Assembly (NCBI GenBank): GCA_028023455.1
Contig: JAQFVV010000001.1
Span: 19,344,001-19,408,000, forward strand
Direction: 5' to 3'
From: Epiperipatus broadwayi
Lineage: Eukaryota; Animalia; Onychophora
DNA length: 64,000 bases
Position numbers and translations under genes: made by a program
In this document: positions 26,997 to 40,172 of the stretch, piece by piece
Layout: every line of letters begins with the position of its first letter
Position numbering within the stretch: the first letter of the stretch is position 1
Notes under the pieces: generated by a model
What the model saw: the letters and a program-made list of their open reading frames with translations, nothing else
Database searches by the model: none
What the model was told of the DNA's origin: nothing

Positions 26997-29917
26997 TGCT
27001 ATCATGATTTGGTTTTAAATAATGATATCTTCCTTTTTTTAATACTATTATTATTTTTTACATGTATTATTAATTTGCTTTTCCTTGAATTTGGACTATG
27101 ATGGGCTTTGTTACCTAGCTAAAAACCCATTATTGATTTATATTATTACCAAAATATATCCAACAATTATTGTTCTTGATTACAGGCAGTTAAAATTGAA
27201 GGAAAAGATAAATAGATATTATTTGCCAAAACAGTTAATTCTTAAAAATTTTCATTTATATTAATATTATTTAATGCCACTTTGTTAAGTACAACAACCA
27301 TATAACATTATTTGAAGATTTTTCTAATTCCAAATAGTCGCATTATGGAGAAAGTGTCTAAACATGTATTATCTATTGAAACAAACTGATTATTTAATTT
27401 TTTTATAGTTGCACAACAAAATATAACATTACACATAATAAAGTGCAAATGTGTGTGAATGGATTCTAAAAATTTATTGAATAAACAATGTAATTATAAA
27501 AATTGAAAATGTCAGACTGTTTAATAATAAAGTATAGCATGCAATATTGAAATAATAATATATATAAAGAATGTGGATAAAAACTTTCACAAAATACATT
27601 CTTAAACAGTATGTGCTTAACCAAATAAGCACATAAAAATTAAATAAAAAAATTATTATTTTATTACTAAAAGAATATAAAAAGCTAATTTTAACAAGAG
27701 AAAATGTAAACAAGTCATGCAGAGAGATTAAGAATTAAAGTAAAAATAATGAATGGTTTTGAAACAAACAAGAACTATTTTTAACAAAGTAATTTGCATG
27801 TAAAATTGACTTGATTACAGCTAATGAAATATAAGAGTTACATCAACCTTGTTATAACTAATGTACTCCAGAAAAGAAAATGGAGATAAGCTGATATGTA
27901 ATGAATAGATCAAATAAAGAATCATGTTTTATCTCCATGATGTGTGACTGAGTTGCAAAGTTACTCAGACTTTGGAGAAGTAGCAGAAGATGCCATTGGA
28001 TGTTGTATCCCAATGAACCAACCCCTGGTTGTAGATACTGAGCTATATATGATGTTTACAGGTCTTTCAACCTTATTATGTTTTAGTAAGCTCAATGTAA
28101 AAATAGATAAATTAGATGTAGAATTATTTATAGATGATTCTACATAAAATTCCAAATGTGCTTATTAATTCTTGTGTGTAGATAATTGTTTGCATTAAAA
28201 TAATATTAGATTACTCCTCTTATTATTGAGTTGTGTCCTCTGTATTTCCTATTCTGTTTGTGAAAGATATTAGTAATCCTTTGTTCTAATTTCTTCAATC
28301 AATGACACAACACACAAAATATCAAATAAGTTATCTGAAGCTCAAAACAGAGAAAGAAGTTGTAGAATGCAGTGGTTATGTGAATGAAAATACCTGAAAC
28401 TTCTAATTATACTTCAATGTTAATAGTCCAGACACCTGGACTAAAATTATGAACATAAAAATTAGTTAAAAATTTTATTAGACAAGTAGTTAAAACATTA
28501 ATACATTTCATGACACAATCAATCATATCATGTTTTAATGATTTAGTCAGGTAGTTAGTAAGGATTTTCCTACAAATGAGCCTGATAACAAGTTTACAGA
28601 ATCATATTATCATTATTTACTATGTGGAAAAATAATTTCTAAAAGTTATTTTGTGGCTGCAAAATCTAGAAGAGTTAATATGTAAATAATGAAAAAATAA
28701 TAATTTTATGTTGTACTGTTTCTGTATCTTTTGTTAAATAACATTTTATAAAATTCATTTGTTTTAACTTACAAATTTTATTTTATAGGATTAGGGGTGT
28801 TGGAATTTAACTTGCACAATGACACTGCTTACACACATGGTGGTCTTAGTATACTGTCATGGAACAAAGATTTACTCAAGAGAGAGGGAGAGCACATCTT
28901 ACTATGGTAGGACTTTGGGTCTTTGGGTAGGTGCAAATGATTACACGATGAAATACATAACCTATGATTGTATCTACATACAATAGACTAGGTCTACATG
29001 TTTTTATTAACCTAGATACAATTTGGGTCAGTTCACCCAGTCTCACCCCCTTCTGGTTCCATTATACCAGAGTATTCAAACTCAGGGAGTAATTGCTTTT
29101 GACTCTCTTATCAGGGATCTAAATCACACTAATTAGCAATAATTATACCTCTATATAGGTGATGATTGATTATATAAATTCTATAAATATCTTTGAATAT
29201 CATAGCACGTAGAATAAGGTGGGTGTGTGCATATATATATATATATCGAGGATTATCACATCAATTGACATGAATATATCTATTTATGATTTTAATAATA
29301 TAATGATGATAAGAATGTTGGTGTTGGATATAAGAATAATGATGATAATAAGGTTAACGGTGGGTATAAGAATAATGATGAGCTAGAGACTCGATTAAAG
29401 TAACAAATTCTTTTAACATTTTTGATAACAGTAAAAAAAATAAACAAATGTTTAATAATACCGAATTATATAATCTGCTATGTCAAAGATGAGCTTCTAT
29501 CATAAGTTATAATAATAATAATCATAAAAATCCTTATCCCTCAGCCCATGGTAGAAATTCATGTGCTTGGCATCAATTATTTATAAAGACATATATATAT
29601 ATATATAATAATAATATTTACATAACCATGAATCTAACTGGCTAATCAATCCTATTTACAGTCACATCATGAGAATTCTTGCTATCCAGTTCATATTGAT
29701 GATGATAAATCTTCTTGGGAGCCCCCTCTATCTATAGATGTCTAACATTAATAGAAAAGAAGCATCCTTGCTAGGCTGTTAACCAATTACACAAAAGAAA
29801 CATATAACAAAGGTTAGTTATCGGTTAATAAACTAATATCAATTCTGTCCTATTTTATAGTGTAGTCACTTAATGTGTGATAATGTTGAAAATCTTACCC
29901 TTTATTTCACATTATGC

Positions 29918-30005
29918 TGTCAATGTTGATTTGATTGGGAAAGCAAGTTGCTCTTGATTTTTGTCAATGTTGATTTGATTGGGAAAGCAAGTTGCTCTAG
30001 ATTTT
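29918..30005. repeat. 44-bp tandem duplication (1 mismatch)
   Basis: TGTCAATGTTGATTTGATTGGGAAAGCAAGTTGCTCT(T/A)GATTTT x2. Confidence 0.95.
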
Positions 30006-30369
30006 ATTTAATAACAAAAAAAAATATCTAGCTAAATCTAATAACTTCTCTCTCCTTACTCTTATAATAAACTTTTCCAAAAAATATGAACACATTTACT
30101 TCCAAGTGTGGAAACAAAAATTAAAAAAAAAAAATAATAATAAATTTTTTTTAAAAAAAATCAAAATTCCCAATTATTCATATTAGTTAAAGTTTGATGA
30201 GTCTGCTGGAAAGGTCATTCATATTATGAGCCCATCATTTTCAAAATGAATCTCTCTGAATAAAAAGAGAACACTGTTCCCTTGAAGAATGCCATTATTC
30301 TGCTTAGAATGATAGTATAGGATCCTGTCCAGGTGACATTCTCTTGAATTATGTGGAGGCATCTTAACA

Positions 30370-31379
30370 ATGAATGTTCTTCAGGCTTGCAGAAATAAGC
30401 TGATGATGTCATTATGCTTTCATGGCTCAGGTGATGGCATTCTATCCCCTATGGTATCATTGTTTTTAGCCAGAACACATTGTATAATGATATATAATAT
30501 ATACATAGTTTATTTGATTTCAATTGGGTATTAAGTAGTGATATATATAAGAGAACAATTATTTGCTTTCTTCCTCTTCGATTGTTGATAACTATTTATT
30601 TATTTTTCTTAATTAAAGTTTCTTAAGCAAAAAAAAATACTTTGCTTCTTCGAATTAACTTGGCTACTTATAAATTTTCAATTTAATTTGCTGGTTTGGC
30701 TTCTATTAACTTTAATTCAATAAAAAAAATTTAATGCTGAATATATACATCCATTTTTGTATTCGAATTTTTATGCATAATGAAGTTGGCTTTTATTTAG
30801 CAAGAGCATTATTTTGAAAGAGCAAAAATAAGATTCAAATTGTTTTTATATAGCATTTAGTTTGAAAGTGAGATTAACTCATTTCCTTATATATTATGTG
30901 ATTTCCTATTGTTAAACAGACTTTGTATATAGTTATTGGTATTAAAACAATAATTTGTTGAAGTTTTAATTTTGTTTTTGCAGTTGGTTGCTATATGATT
31001 AAATTTAGATTAGGCCATTATTTTGTGCATTTTATGTAAATGTCTTAGTTATTGTTCTAATCTAATTAATGATATACAACACAAGTTTCTGACTTTGGTG
31101 TTAATATACATATATGTTTGACTGTTTTTTTTAGAGTATTTAACCTAATTGTTTAATGATTTTTATAATCTTTTTTATTACAGTAGAAAAATTAAGTTGC
31201 TGTGGAATTTAGTATTTTAGCTTATAAAAATGTTCATTATACATATACGCATTTAAAAAAATAATAATAATACTGGTAAATTGCTTAGCAATTTATTAGT
31301 TAAGCAAATATTTTTCATGGCTCCAATTGGTAGTATGGGCTAACATAGGATGGTGTGACTGGGTTGTAAGACCCTTACA
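30370..31379 (-). repeat. ~1-kb direct repeat, copy A (LTR/leader-like; partner at 33715-34615)
   Basis: Collinear with 33715-34615 (about 80-85% by eye). Both copies begin TGTAAGG on the minus strand. Confidence 0.85.
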
Positions 31380-32049
31380 ACTCTCCAGTACTTACAGAGT
31401 TAAAATTCTAACTTATGATTAGAATTTTAATACTTAAATATGAGTATTTCACTATAAACTCATCGACACTCCTTTAACACTTTAAGCAAATAATTTTATT
31501 TATTATAACAGTTTCGACTGTACTAGCAGTCTTTGTAGGTATCTGTTTAATGTTGGATTCAGTTTGGTTTCAATGGAGGGTTTCAAAAGTTCACTCCCAA
31601 TGTTGCTTATATTTTTATCAGCTAATATTAAAATGCTATTTTCATGATTTCTTTTAATGGCTATGTCATATTTAAGGTGTGATTTTTTAGGGTTTTTGAT
31701 TGTTATATTGACAAATAATTAACCAATAATGTGTCTTTATTGCAGATACCACATAAGTTTATTTGTTGAGTCTTACTAAATTTTTCAAAGGTCTAACTAA
31801 ATATTAGAGCATCCATTGCTCTGCATGGATAGACTCTTGAATCTCAGTTAATTTCAAGATAACCCAATGCTTTTAAGAATTAACTTGGGTGTACCCACAT
31901 CAAAACAATATCAATAGTCATGCACATTTTTTTTGCCATAAATCACCTAGATATATACATACTCTTTGATATTGATTTCATTACTTAGTATGTTTTAACT
32001 TACATTCTTAGTTGTTTTCTAGCCAAATTGTGGATTATACAGAGCTACT

Positions 32050-33000
32050 GTATGATCATGTGGAGAGGCCGTAATACAGTTTTTAGATACAGGAATTATA
32101 TGTACCTCATATCTCTCCTCCAATATCAATCTAAAATGCATTGTGACCAGATTGCTTTATGATTGTTGATGGTCTTTCATACTGATTGAAAAACTTATTA
32201 TACATGATGTCTTGTGGTTTGCTTACATGTGGTGTTTTATGAAGACTTTGTTTCTTATTTTGAAATCATGAGACACCTTTCCTTTATTCTTATCTTTGTT
32301 TCTTTTATTAGCCATTTCCATGAGTTTTTCTTGTGCTCATAGTCTATCCTTCTCTGCATTTATTTCAGTGGGATTAACTGGGAATTGGTATTTTGTGAAT
32401 AATGTAGGTATGGGTTTGTGTCGGTGTAGTCTAATGGCTGCAAATCCTGTTGATTCATTTATACTCCAGTTAATAGACTACACATCACATGTTTTTTACC
32501 CATCCCTTGTGGTCATCTCCCAAATAAGTCCTCAAAAAAATCTGAGCTCCCACATTACATGTTGTAGGGATTTGGTGTTGGATTCCTAATGGATGTAAGC
32601 ACATGTTTTATGTGATATTTTTCACCCATTTTTCCATTTCATTGAGAGGAAAGCAGTGTCATGATCTGTTAATACGATCTCAGGCTTCCCTATCACTGAA
32701 AATTGAATTGTGCCTAATACCTTGATTGTATGTCTGGTATTAGCTTGGGGTATTGGATAAGCAAAAATATATTTAGAAAAGAGATCATATTGTGACCAAC
32801 AAGAATTTTTGCTTATTAAGTGGGGATAATGGCCCATAATAGTCTATTGCGAGGATTTCACTTGGTCTTTCAGGTATGATTGATTTTATATAACTACTAT
32901 AGTTTTGGTTTATTGGCTTAGCTATTAAGCAAATCAGACAGTCTTGGAGTGAACTCAAGATGTCGCAATGCATTTTTGGCCAGTAAACCAGTTTTTAATG
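32050..33000 (-). pseudogene. Gypsy integrase (zinc-binding, core and GPY/F-like regions)
   Basis: DCLICLIAKP..PERPSEILAIDYYGPL, FSKYIFAYP..GKPEIVLTDHDTAF and KVFIKTPHVSKP..NAF. Confidence 0.88.
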
Positions 33001-33329
33001 GTATGATGAATTTTGTGGACACCATAGTTTCCATACAAACCACATAGATATCTTATAAGTGGGATTTATATAGATGTAGATATTACTACCCTCCACTCAT
33101 CTGTATATATGGATTTATATTATATAACAAGACTTGTTTTTTTTATCTTATATAATGTAGATCTTTTGGCACATGCAGAACTTTTTCTCCTTTCAAGGCT
33201 TTAATTATGGAGTTTAGTTCCAGATATTTTAACAGTGTCTCTTGTTGGACTTCCAAATCATTCTCTATATTTTTACCAATCATTAGATTGTTGTTAGTAA
33301 TATGGGCATTATCTACTAACATGTGATAT

Positions 33330-33710
33330 TGTTCTGACCTACATGGGTTTCAACTGAGCACATCTCCCCCAACATTCTTGGATCCTTTGTGATATTAGCC
33401 TGTGTAGTTGAATTCCTGTCACAACAAACTCCACCAGGTTAAATGATTGTTGGTCATGTAATTGTGGTTCAGGAATTCAAGGCTTTTGTAATCAGTGATC
33501 ACTATCACCTCTGATCTGAGAAGCATCTCTCAAAATTTTTGTAAGACCCACACTATTGCTAGTGCTTCCTTCTCAGTAACCATGTAATTTATTTATGGAC
33601 CCTTTGGGAGGAGACTGATAAAGTAGAGGATGCATGGCCAGCCATCCTCCTCAATCTAGAATAGCATTCCTCCTATCCCGAAACCACTACTCTCTGTTTG
33701 GACAATAAAG
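33330..33710 (-). pseudogene. Gypsy RNase H
   Basis: QTESSGFGIGGMLF, NYMVTEKEALAIVWVLQKF, VITDYKSLEF and KGSKNVGGDVLS. Confidence 0.85.
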
Positions 33711-33714
33711 ACAA

Positions 33715-34615
33715 GGGATGTTCTTTGGGCTTTGCAGCAATAAACAGATGAAGTCACTGTGCTTTCATGGCTCTGGTGATGGCATTCTATTCCTTATAGT
33801 ATCATTGCTTTTAACTGGAACATATTGTATAATGATATATATTATATACATAGTTCATTTGGTTCCAATTGGGTATTTAGTAGCAATATATATATATATA
33901 TATGTAAGAGAACAATTATTTACTTTCTTTCTCTTTGATTGTTGATAACTATTTTTTTTTTCTTTTTGCATGAATAAAATTAAAGTTTCTTAAGCAAAAA
34001 AAAAGAATCCTTTTGCTTCTTCGAATTAACTTGGCTATTTATAAATTTTCAATTTAATTTGCTGATTTGGCTTCTATTAACTTTAATATCATTAAAAAAA
34101 TTAATTCTGAATATATACACTCATCTTTGCATTCAAAATTTAAAGGATAACAAAGTTGACATTTATTTAGGAAGAGCATTATTTTGAAAGAGAAAGGATA
34201 GAGATTCAAATTGCTTTTATATAGCATTCAGTTTGAAAGCGAGATTAGCTCATTTGCTTATATATCATGTGATTTCCTATTGTTAAGCAGACTTTATTTA
34301 TAGGGATTGGTATTAAAACAATAATTTGTTGAAGTTTATATATGTTTGACAGATTTTTCTTTAGAGTATTTAACCTAATTGTTTAATGATTTTTATAACC
34401 TTTTTTATTACAGTAAAAAAAGTAAGCTGTTGTGCAATTTAGTATTTTAGCTTTTAAAAAAAAGTTTATTGTGTATATATATGCATTTTAAAAACATAAT
34501 AATAATACTGGTAAATTGCTTAGCAATTTATTAGTTAAGCAAATATTTTTATGGCTCCAATTGATAATATAGGATAACATAGGATGATGTGACAGGTTTG
34601 TAAGCCATCCTTACA
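33715..34615 (-). repeat. ~0.9-kb direct repeat, copy B
   Basis: Homologous to 30370-31379. Confidence 0.85.
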
Positions 34616-37600
34616 ATATATACATTAGAAGTGCATCTTTCATAATTTTTTAAATTAAAATTTTGAAAGTAAAAAAATCAATATTAAAAGCACTTATAAA
34701 AAGAGATTGTTGTTTTGATAACAAATCATGATTTTAATCTTAATTAAGATAATAATGATGTTAAAAATAGATTCTACATAAATTTACTTGTAGGAAATTT
34801 GATATTCAAGTTTTAGAAGGCAATTTCACTTTCTAATGTGCTTATGCAAGTTCGTCATGTTGTTGATTTGTGGACTCTTTTAAAGTTTGTTCTTGGGTTT
34901 ACTAAAATAGCAATTTTTGGCTGTTTCTGAATTGATTAAAAAATACATTCCCTATGTAATTAAATTATAACAGATATGCAGACTGTATAAGTAATTAAGA
35001 TACTTAAAAGCAAAAATTCAATGACTGACAAAAATACTCATTAATTGGCATATTAAACAGTCAAAGTAAATATCAGTAATTAATTATCATAATTATGTTA
35101 GATTTTTTTGACTGTTAAAGGTATCATATAGACTGGAACATACCTTAATATAAAAAAAAAATCAGTAGATAAAAATAGTAAATAAAAATTCATTTAAAAA
35201 ATAGATGCACTATAATAAAAAGCTAATCAATATATGACTTTAGCCTGGTTAGCAAGAACAATTGGTGTTACATAGCACATTGCAAATCAAAGACATTGCA
35301 TAAAAATTAAGTTATAATAAGTTCCCATGAGAAAAAATAATTTATTACTTTAAAATATATAAAAATTCAATTAAAAAATTAAAGACTACATTAAAAAAAG
35401 TATTAATTAATGAATAAACATTTTGTTAAGCATACTATTAAAATAATGACTAATCTGTGGTTAAATATATTGTATAAAAGCATTTCAATAACTATAATTT
35501 TAAAAAAAATTCTAATTTTTACATTGATAGTTCAACATTTTGCTTCTTAATGTGTTCCAGTAAAATCAGTGACTTTTCATAAATTTTAGGCATTTTGGGA
35601 TGTTACATTGGAGCATCTATCACTTTGACTTTACTTTGCTATATATCTATAATACTAGTTTACTGTACACAGTTTTTGTTTGCATAAAAATTGTATTAAA
35701 ATTATTAGTTAAAAAAAAATCTGATGTCAGTATTGTACAGACTTCATACAAATACAACATTAAATTTGCATATGAGTGTAAACCAAAATACCTTATTTGA
35801 TCTTAGCCAAGCTTATAATGCATGATTGGTAGATTGTTTAGTCTGAAACAATTTATGTGTGTGTGTTTCATATTTAGTATTTTGGAAAAAACGTTTGTAA
35901 TTTTCAGTAATTTATTTAAATATTTAAGCTATTTATACAATATAGTTGTAAAATATTTATTTTAAACTAAAAGACTATGTGACTACAATTAGATTTTATT
36001 TGAAAGTATTTGTTTTTTTAGAAAACAAGGTTTAAGAAATGTATTAAACCACTAAACATCAGATGATTACCATTTCTTATGCCTGCTCAAGACCTATATG
36101 AATATATAATTTAATGAGCTTGAACTGAAAATATTATGTTTCAATTTTAGGCACATAGTTTTGTAATTACATACAGATAAAAGATGCCTATCATTTGAAA
36201 ACTTATATTTGTAATAAATAATACAAAGATTATTAATATATGATATAGAAAAAAATGGTTTAATTGTAAAAATAAAATATTAGAAATATGGAGAAAATTG
36301 TCAATAGAGTCTTTCAAATAAGAAAGGCAGCAGTAGGAACTTGAATAGATTAAGTAGTGAGAGAATATTTCCGAATTCATAATTCATTATATTAAAATAA
36401 AACATGAAGCAATTTTAAATTACAAAAAAGATCAACTTAACATGTATTTTGATGCACTTTGTTCTATTATTAAAGTTTTTATTTTTTATTTTTGTAATTA
36501 ACAGCAATACTATTAAATTTTTCAAAACAAGATATGAATAACAGGTTTTTTTTTTACATTAATGCAGTAAAATTAAATAAAAATTTGATAAAGAAATATA
36601 AAATACAGTTGATTGCTAAAATCTTAATAATATAAATGTTCAATGTGGTTTTTTTTTCTCATACTAAACATGTATTTTTTTAACAGCCACCATTCTGGTG
36701 AATATGAGAAACAAATTACGAAATTATTGATTTAAATTTGAGAAAATAAATGATATTTTAGACATAATGTTTAGTAATTTTTGATCGTATAAAGTCAATA
36801 ATTAATTGCATAATGCACAGAATCATGTCCCTCCCCTGCAAAATAATTTACAATTACAATGCCTTATGTATTACAAATATAATTAATGCAGTTTTTTCCA
36901 CAAGCAAAATAACACTCATAAGATTTTAATCCATAATATTGGTTGGATAAATATTTAAAATTTTATCAAATTTAATATTAATAACCTTTGTTGTTTTATG
37001 CTGTAAAAATAAGTTTGTGATTATTTACAGTATTGAATAAAACATTTTTTTTATATATAATAATTGATAATAATATTTACTGAGGCTATAACCTCGATAA
37101 TATGCGTGTAAAATGCGATAGTAGGGACCTCTACAGGTGTTTTAACCACAAGCTTATGCTATGGAAGAAAAGAGGGGAATTGATAATGAAAATCTTTTCT
37201 ACTTTGGATATATGATAAATGACTGTCTTGCAAGGCACTAAATAAAAATCTGATGAAATATATTAATCATATTCTAATTCTTTAATCAAAACATTATTGT
37301 ATATGGCATAATGAATAAATTCTGTATTTTACTATACATTTTTAGCTTCAACATTACCATTTTATTTTTGGATGATGTTGTTTTAGTGAATTCACTATCA
37401 TCAATCTTATAAAATAGCCATCATTTTGAAAAAAAAAAAGGTAATTGTTTATTTTAAAATGTTTTGAATTTTTTTAAAGCTCATAATAGAAAAGAAATTA
37501 ATTATAAATCAAAATAGTGGGTACAAATTGATGATGATCACTATGGCAAATCTTCACATTAAGGTTCATCATCAACCAGGTAAACATATAATCTTTTGCT

Positions 37601-37934
37601 TTTGGATTTGATGGTATTGAAACTAAAATTGTAAGAGCATAATGGATTGAAGAAGTACCATAAATGAAGAGAACTAGATTCACAATTTTAAAAAAATATA
37701 ATGAAATTAAGCATAGTTTTCATAAAAAATTACCAAAGGTCAGTTATTTCTATTAGGCAGGAATGGTGTTAAGCCACTAAATATCACATGATCACCATAT
37801 CATGCTAGCACATAACTGTTAATAAACAGGCAAAAATTCTCATATAATAGTGCCACCTTGTGCTAACCAGAGTAATCAATGGATGCCAGAAGGCTTGTGC
37901 ATAAAATCCCTATCTAATGCCTACTCATCCAATA

Positions 37935-37974
37935 TCCCCAGACTAGTTTCTGGTGTGGACTTCATCAGTGAGGA
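37935..37974 (-). ncRNA. Hammerhead ribozyme, stem II damaged
   Basis: UCCUCA-CUGAUGA-AGUCCACACCA-GAAA-CUAGUC^UGGGGA; stem II is disrupted relative to the other copies. Confidence 0.55.
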
Positions 37975-38078
37975 GCCTTATATAGTCATAGTTTTGTAGT
38001 GAAGTAGAGATAAAAGGTGGCTGCTGGAGGGTTGCATTAGATCCTAAGATCTAGGTGCAGTGCTCTCAGATCCAAGGC

Positions 38079-38120
38079 TCTTCACTGATGAAGGCCACAA
38101 GCCAGAAACTAGTCTGGAGA
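38079..38120 (+). ncRNA. Minimal type I hammerhead ribozyme (family 2)
   Basis: UCUUCA-CUGAUGA-A-GGC(CACAA)GCC-A-GAAA-CUAGUC^UGGAGA; 6-bp stem I and palindromic ACUAGU stem III. Confidence 0.8.
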
Positions 38121-39069
38121 TATTGGATGAGTAGGCACTAGATAGGAATTTTATGCACAAGCCTTCTGGCAGCCATTGATTACTCTGGTTAGCACAAGGT
38201 GGCACTATTAATGGAGAGGTTTTTGCCTGTTTATTTTTATTGAGAGAATATAATGGAAGATAAAATATAATGCAGAGTTATAATTAGGAGTGATATTTGG
38301 TGTCTTTTAAATATTAATTCTTCCTTAAGCTCTATGTCAGCATGTAATATTTATATAAGGCTATATAACTTTAGTACAAAGTTAGAAAACAGTATTAGTA
38401 ACCATACTGTACTAAAATATGTAGGCATATTCACTGTTTACTGGTTAGTTTATATACTCTTAGCAAAATCCATTTTTAACTTTCTGTTTTTTAATTTTTT
38501 TTCTCTGCTGTTGTTATAAAGTTATCCAAACTCAACAGAAGCTAACCCTCATATAATGGACTCATCTTTACGACAAGATTGCCAAACATTGAATTCAATT
38601 TACAATAAGACTGACCAATGAAATAAAAGTAAAAGTAAATAAATAACTTATGGTATAAATTCAATTGAAAAGTTAGATCAATGAAAGCAAAATAATTTCC
38701 AATAAGAACAGGGACCTCACTATAAAATGAGTCCACAACATTCAGATGTTTAGTAAACTTACAATAGTATTATATTGTTCACAATATAAACAGTGAGACA
38801 TGTTTAAATTTGAAGCAACAAACATCACTGTTATTGCACATAAGGCAAGTCACCTATAAGTTAGAAGTATCAGTGTTTTAAAGGGAAGTCACAACATCTG
38901 TCACAAATTAATCACTATCAGCTTGACTTGCATAATTCATGAATCATAATAGAGGTAAACCATCATAGTTTAAATGTTGAACATTCTCTGGGTATAAAAT
39001 ACTACATATATATTGTATTATAAATACTTTTAATAAATGTCTTCAGAGCTATGTGTTTGTTATATGTCT

Positions 39070-39600
39070 CAACTTATCTATTATTAATGGACTAGTCCAG
39101 ATTTCATCTTATCTTGAGCAGATTGAGTGTTCATTGCGACAGACCAATAGATATATAAATAGATGACATATATTCAATAGCCAAAATAGTCTAATAGGTG
39201 ATGATACTCAATAAATTGAATTGTTTTCAGTGTGGAAGAGATCTGGCTGTAAATAATCAGTCCATTTGGAGGTAAAGTCGGATACCAAATTATTGCATGT
39301 CTAAAACAGTAGAGGCAAGTTCATGCTAGAACTAAAAGCTGCTAGAACATAAACTACACATGAGGTAAACTGTCACAGAACAGTTGGAAATGTCACTACA
39401 CTTACGCATGAAGCAAGCTGTCACAGAGCAGCTACAAATGTTAGGTACATCTAACCTTTCCGTTAATAGATAGATCACTAATTAATGCTATACTAAGCCA
39501 ACATATCAGGTGTACAATATAACAAACAGTCTTGTACGTATTTATAAATATGCTATATATATAAACATTAATAAACCTTTAATTATGTGTATATGAGTCT
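39070..39600 (+). repeat. LTR-like dispersed repeat (partner at 53810-54360)
   Basis: Collinear with 53810-54360 (TAATGGACTAGT.CAGATT..ATCTTATC...AGTCCATTTGG.GGTAAA...GTTGGAAATGTCA), which follows Gypsy coding relics. Confidence 0.7.
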
Positions 39601-40172
39601 ATGTTTATTATGTTCATATATTGTAAAGATTGAAATAGTCCAACCTGTACTCTCAGAAATATATATATATAAAATTGTGTATAAAACATATCAGAGATTT
39701 TGCGTCAAGTTTATATTTATTATTACGAGTATCCTCATTTTGATATTTATAAAAGTAATCTTTTATTTGAGAATAGTGAAAAGACAACAGTAATAATAAC
39801 GAAAAAAAAGGGGGGAGGGGTGAAAATAAAATATATAAGATGTATTAAAATGATATAAAATTAACGAAAAAAAAAACCAAAATTAGAAGCATATGTGTTT
39901 ATTGTTAGATATTTATATTTAATTTTTCAGATATACTGTATATATAATAATTTTAAAATATCAGGATATAAGCAAAGGCAATATTTAAAATAATAATAAT
40001 AATAAAGAACTGTTTTAAATTGAAGCGTCTTTGTTAACTACTTCAGGAAACTATACTCTAAACATTGAATCGAGCAGGAACTGTCAAATAAAAATAACTT
40101 TTGCTCTCGATAAACAAAATAAAATGAAATGAAAAATATATAAAATAAAATGAAATAAAAAGAAAACAGGAG

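Larger units (their letters stand above)
30370..34615 (-). mobile_element. Decayed, internally deleted Ty3/Gypsy LTR retrotransposon
   Basis: RNase H and integrase relics lie between ~1-kb direct repeats; gag, PR and most of RT are absent. Confidence 0.8.
37750..38234. mobile_element. Non-coding hammerhead-bearing element (retrozyme-like), inverted two-arm insertion
   Basis: Minus arm 37750-37990 and plus arm ~37987-38234, homologous to 50303-51167. The ~155-bp inverted arms (37822-37979 / 38074-38234) each carry a hammerhead core. Confidence 0.8.

Noticed and set aside
27540-27860. Possible C2H2 zinc-finger relic (KECG.KTFT..ILKQ)
   Set aside because: A single frameshifted match in very AT-rich sequence.
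28789-28910. Candidate exon LGVLEFNLHNDTAYTHGGLSILSWNKDLLKREGEHILLW
   Set aside because: Good acceptor but weak donor, and no recognisable family; could equally be a TE remnant.
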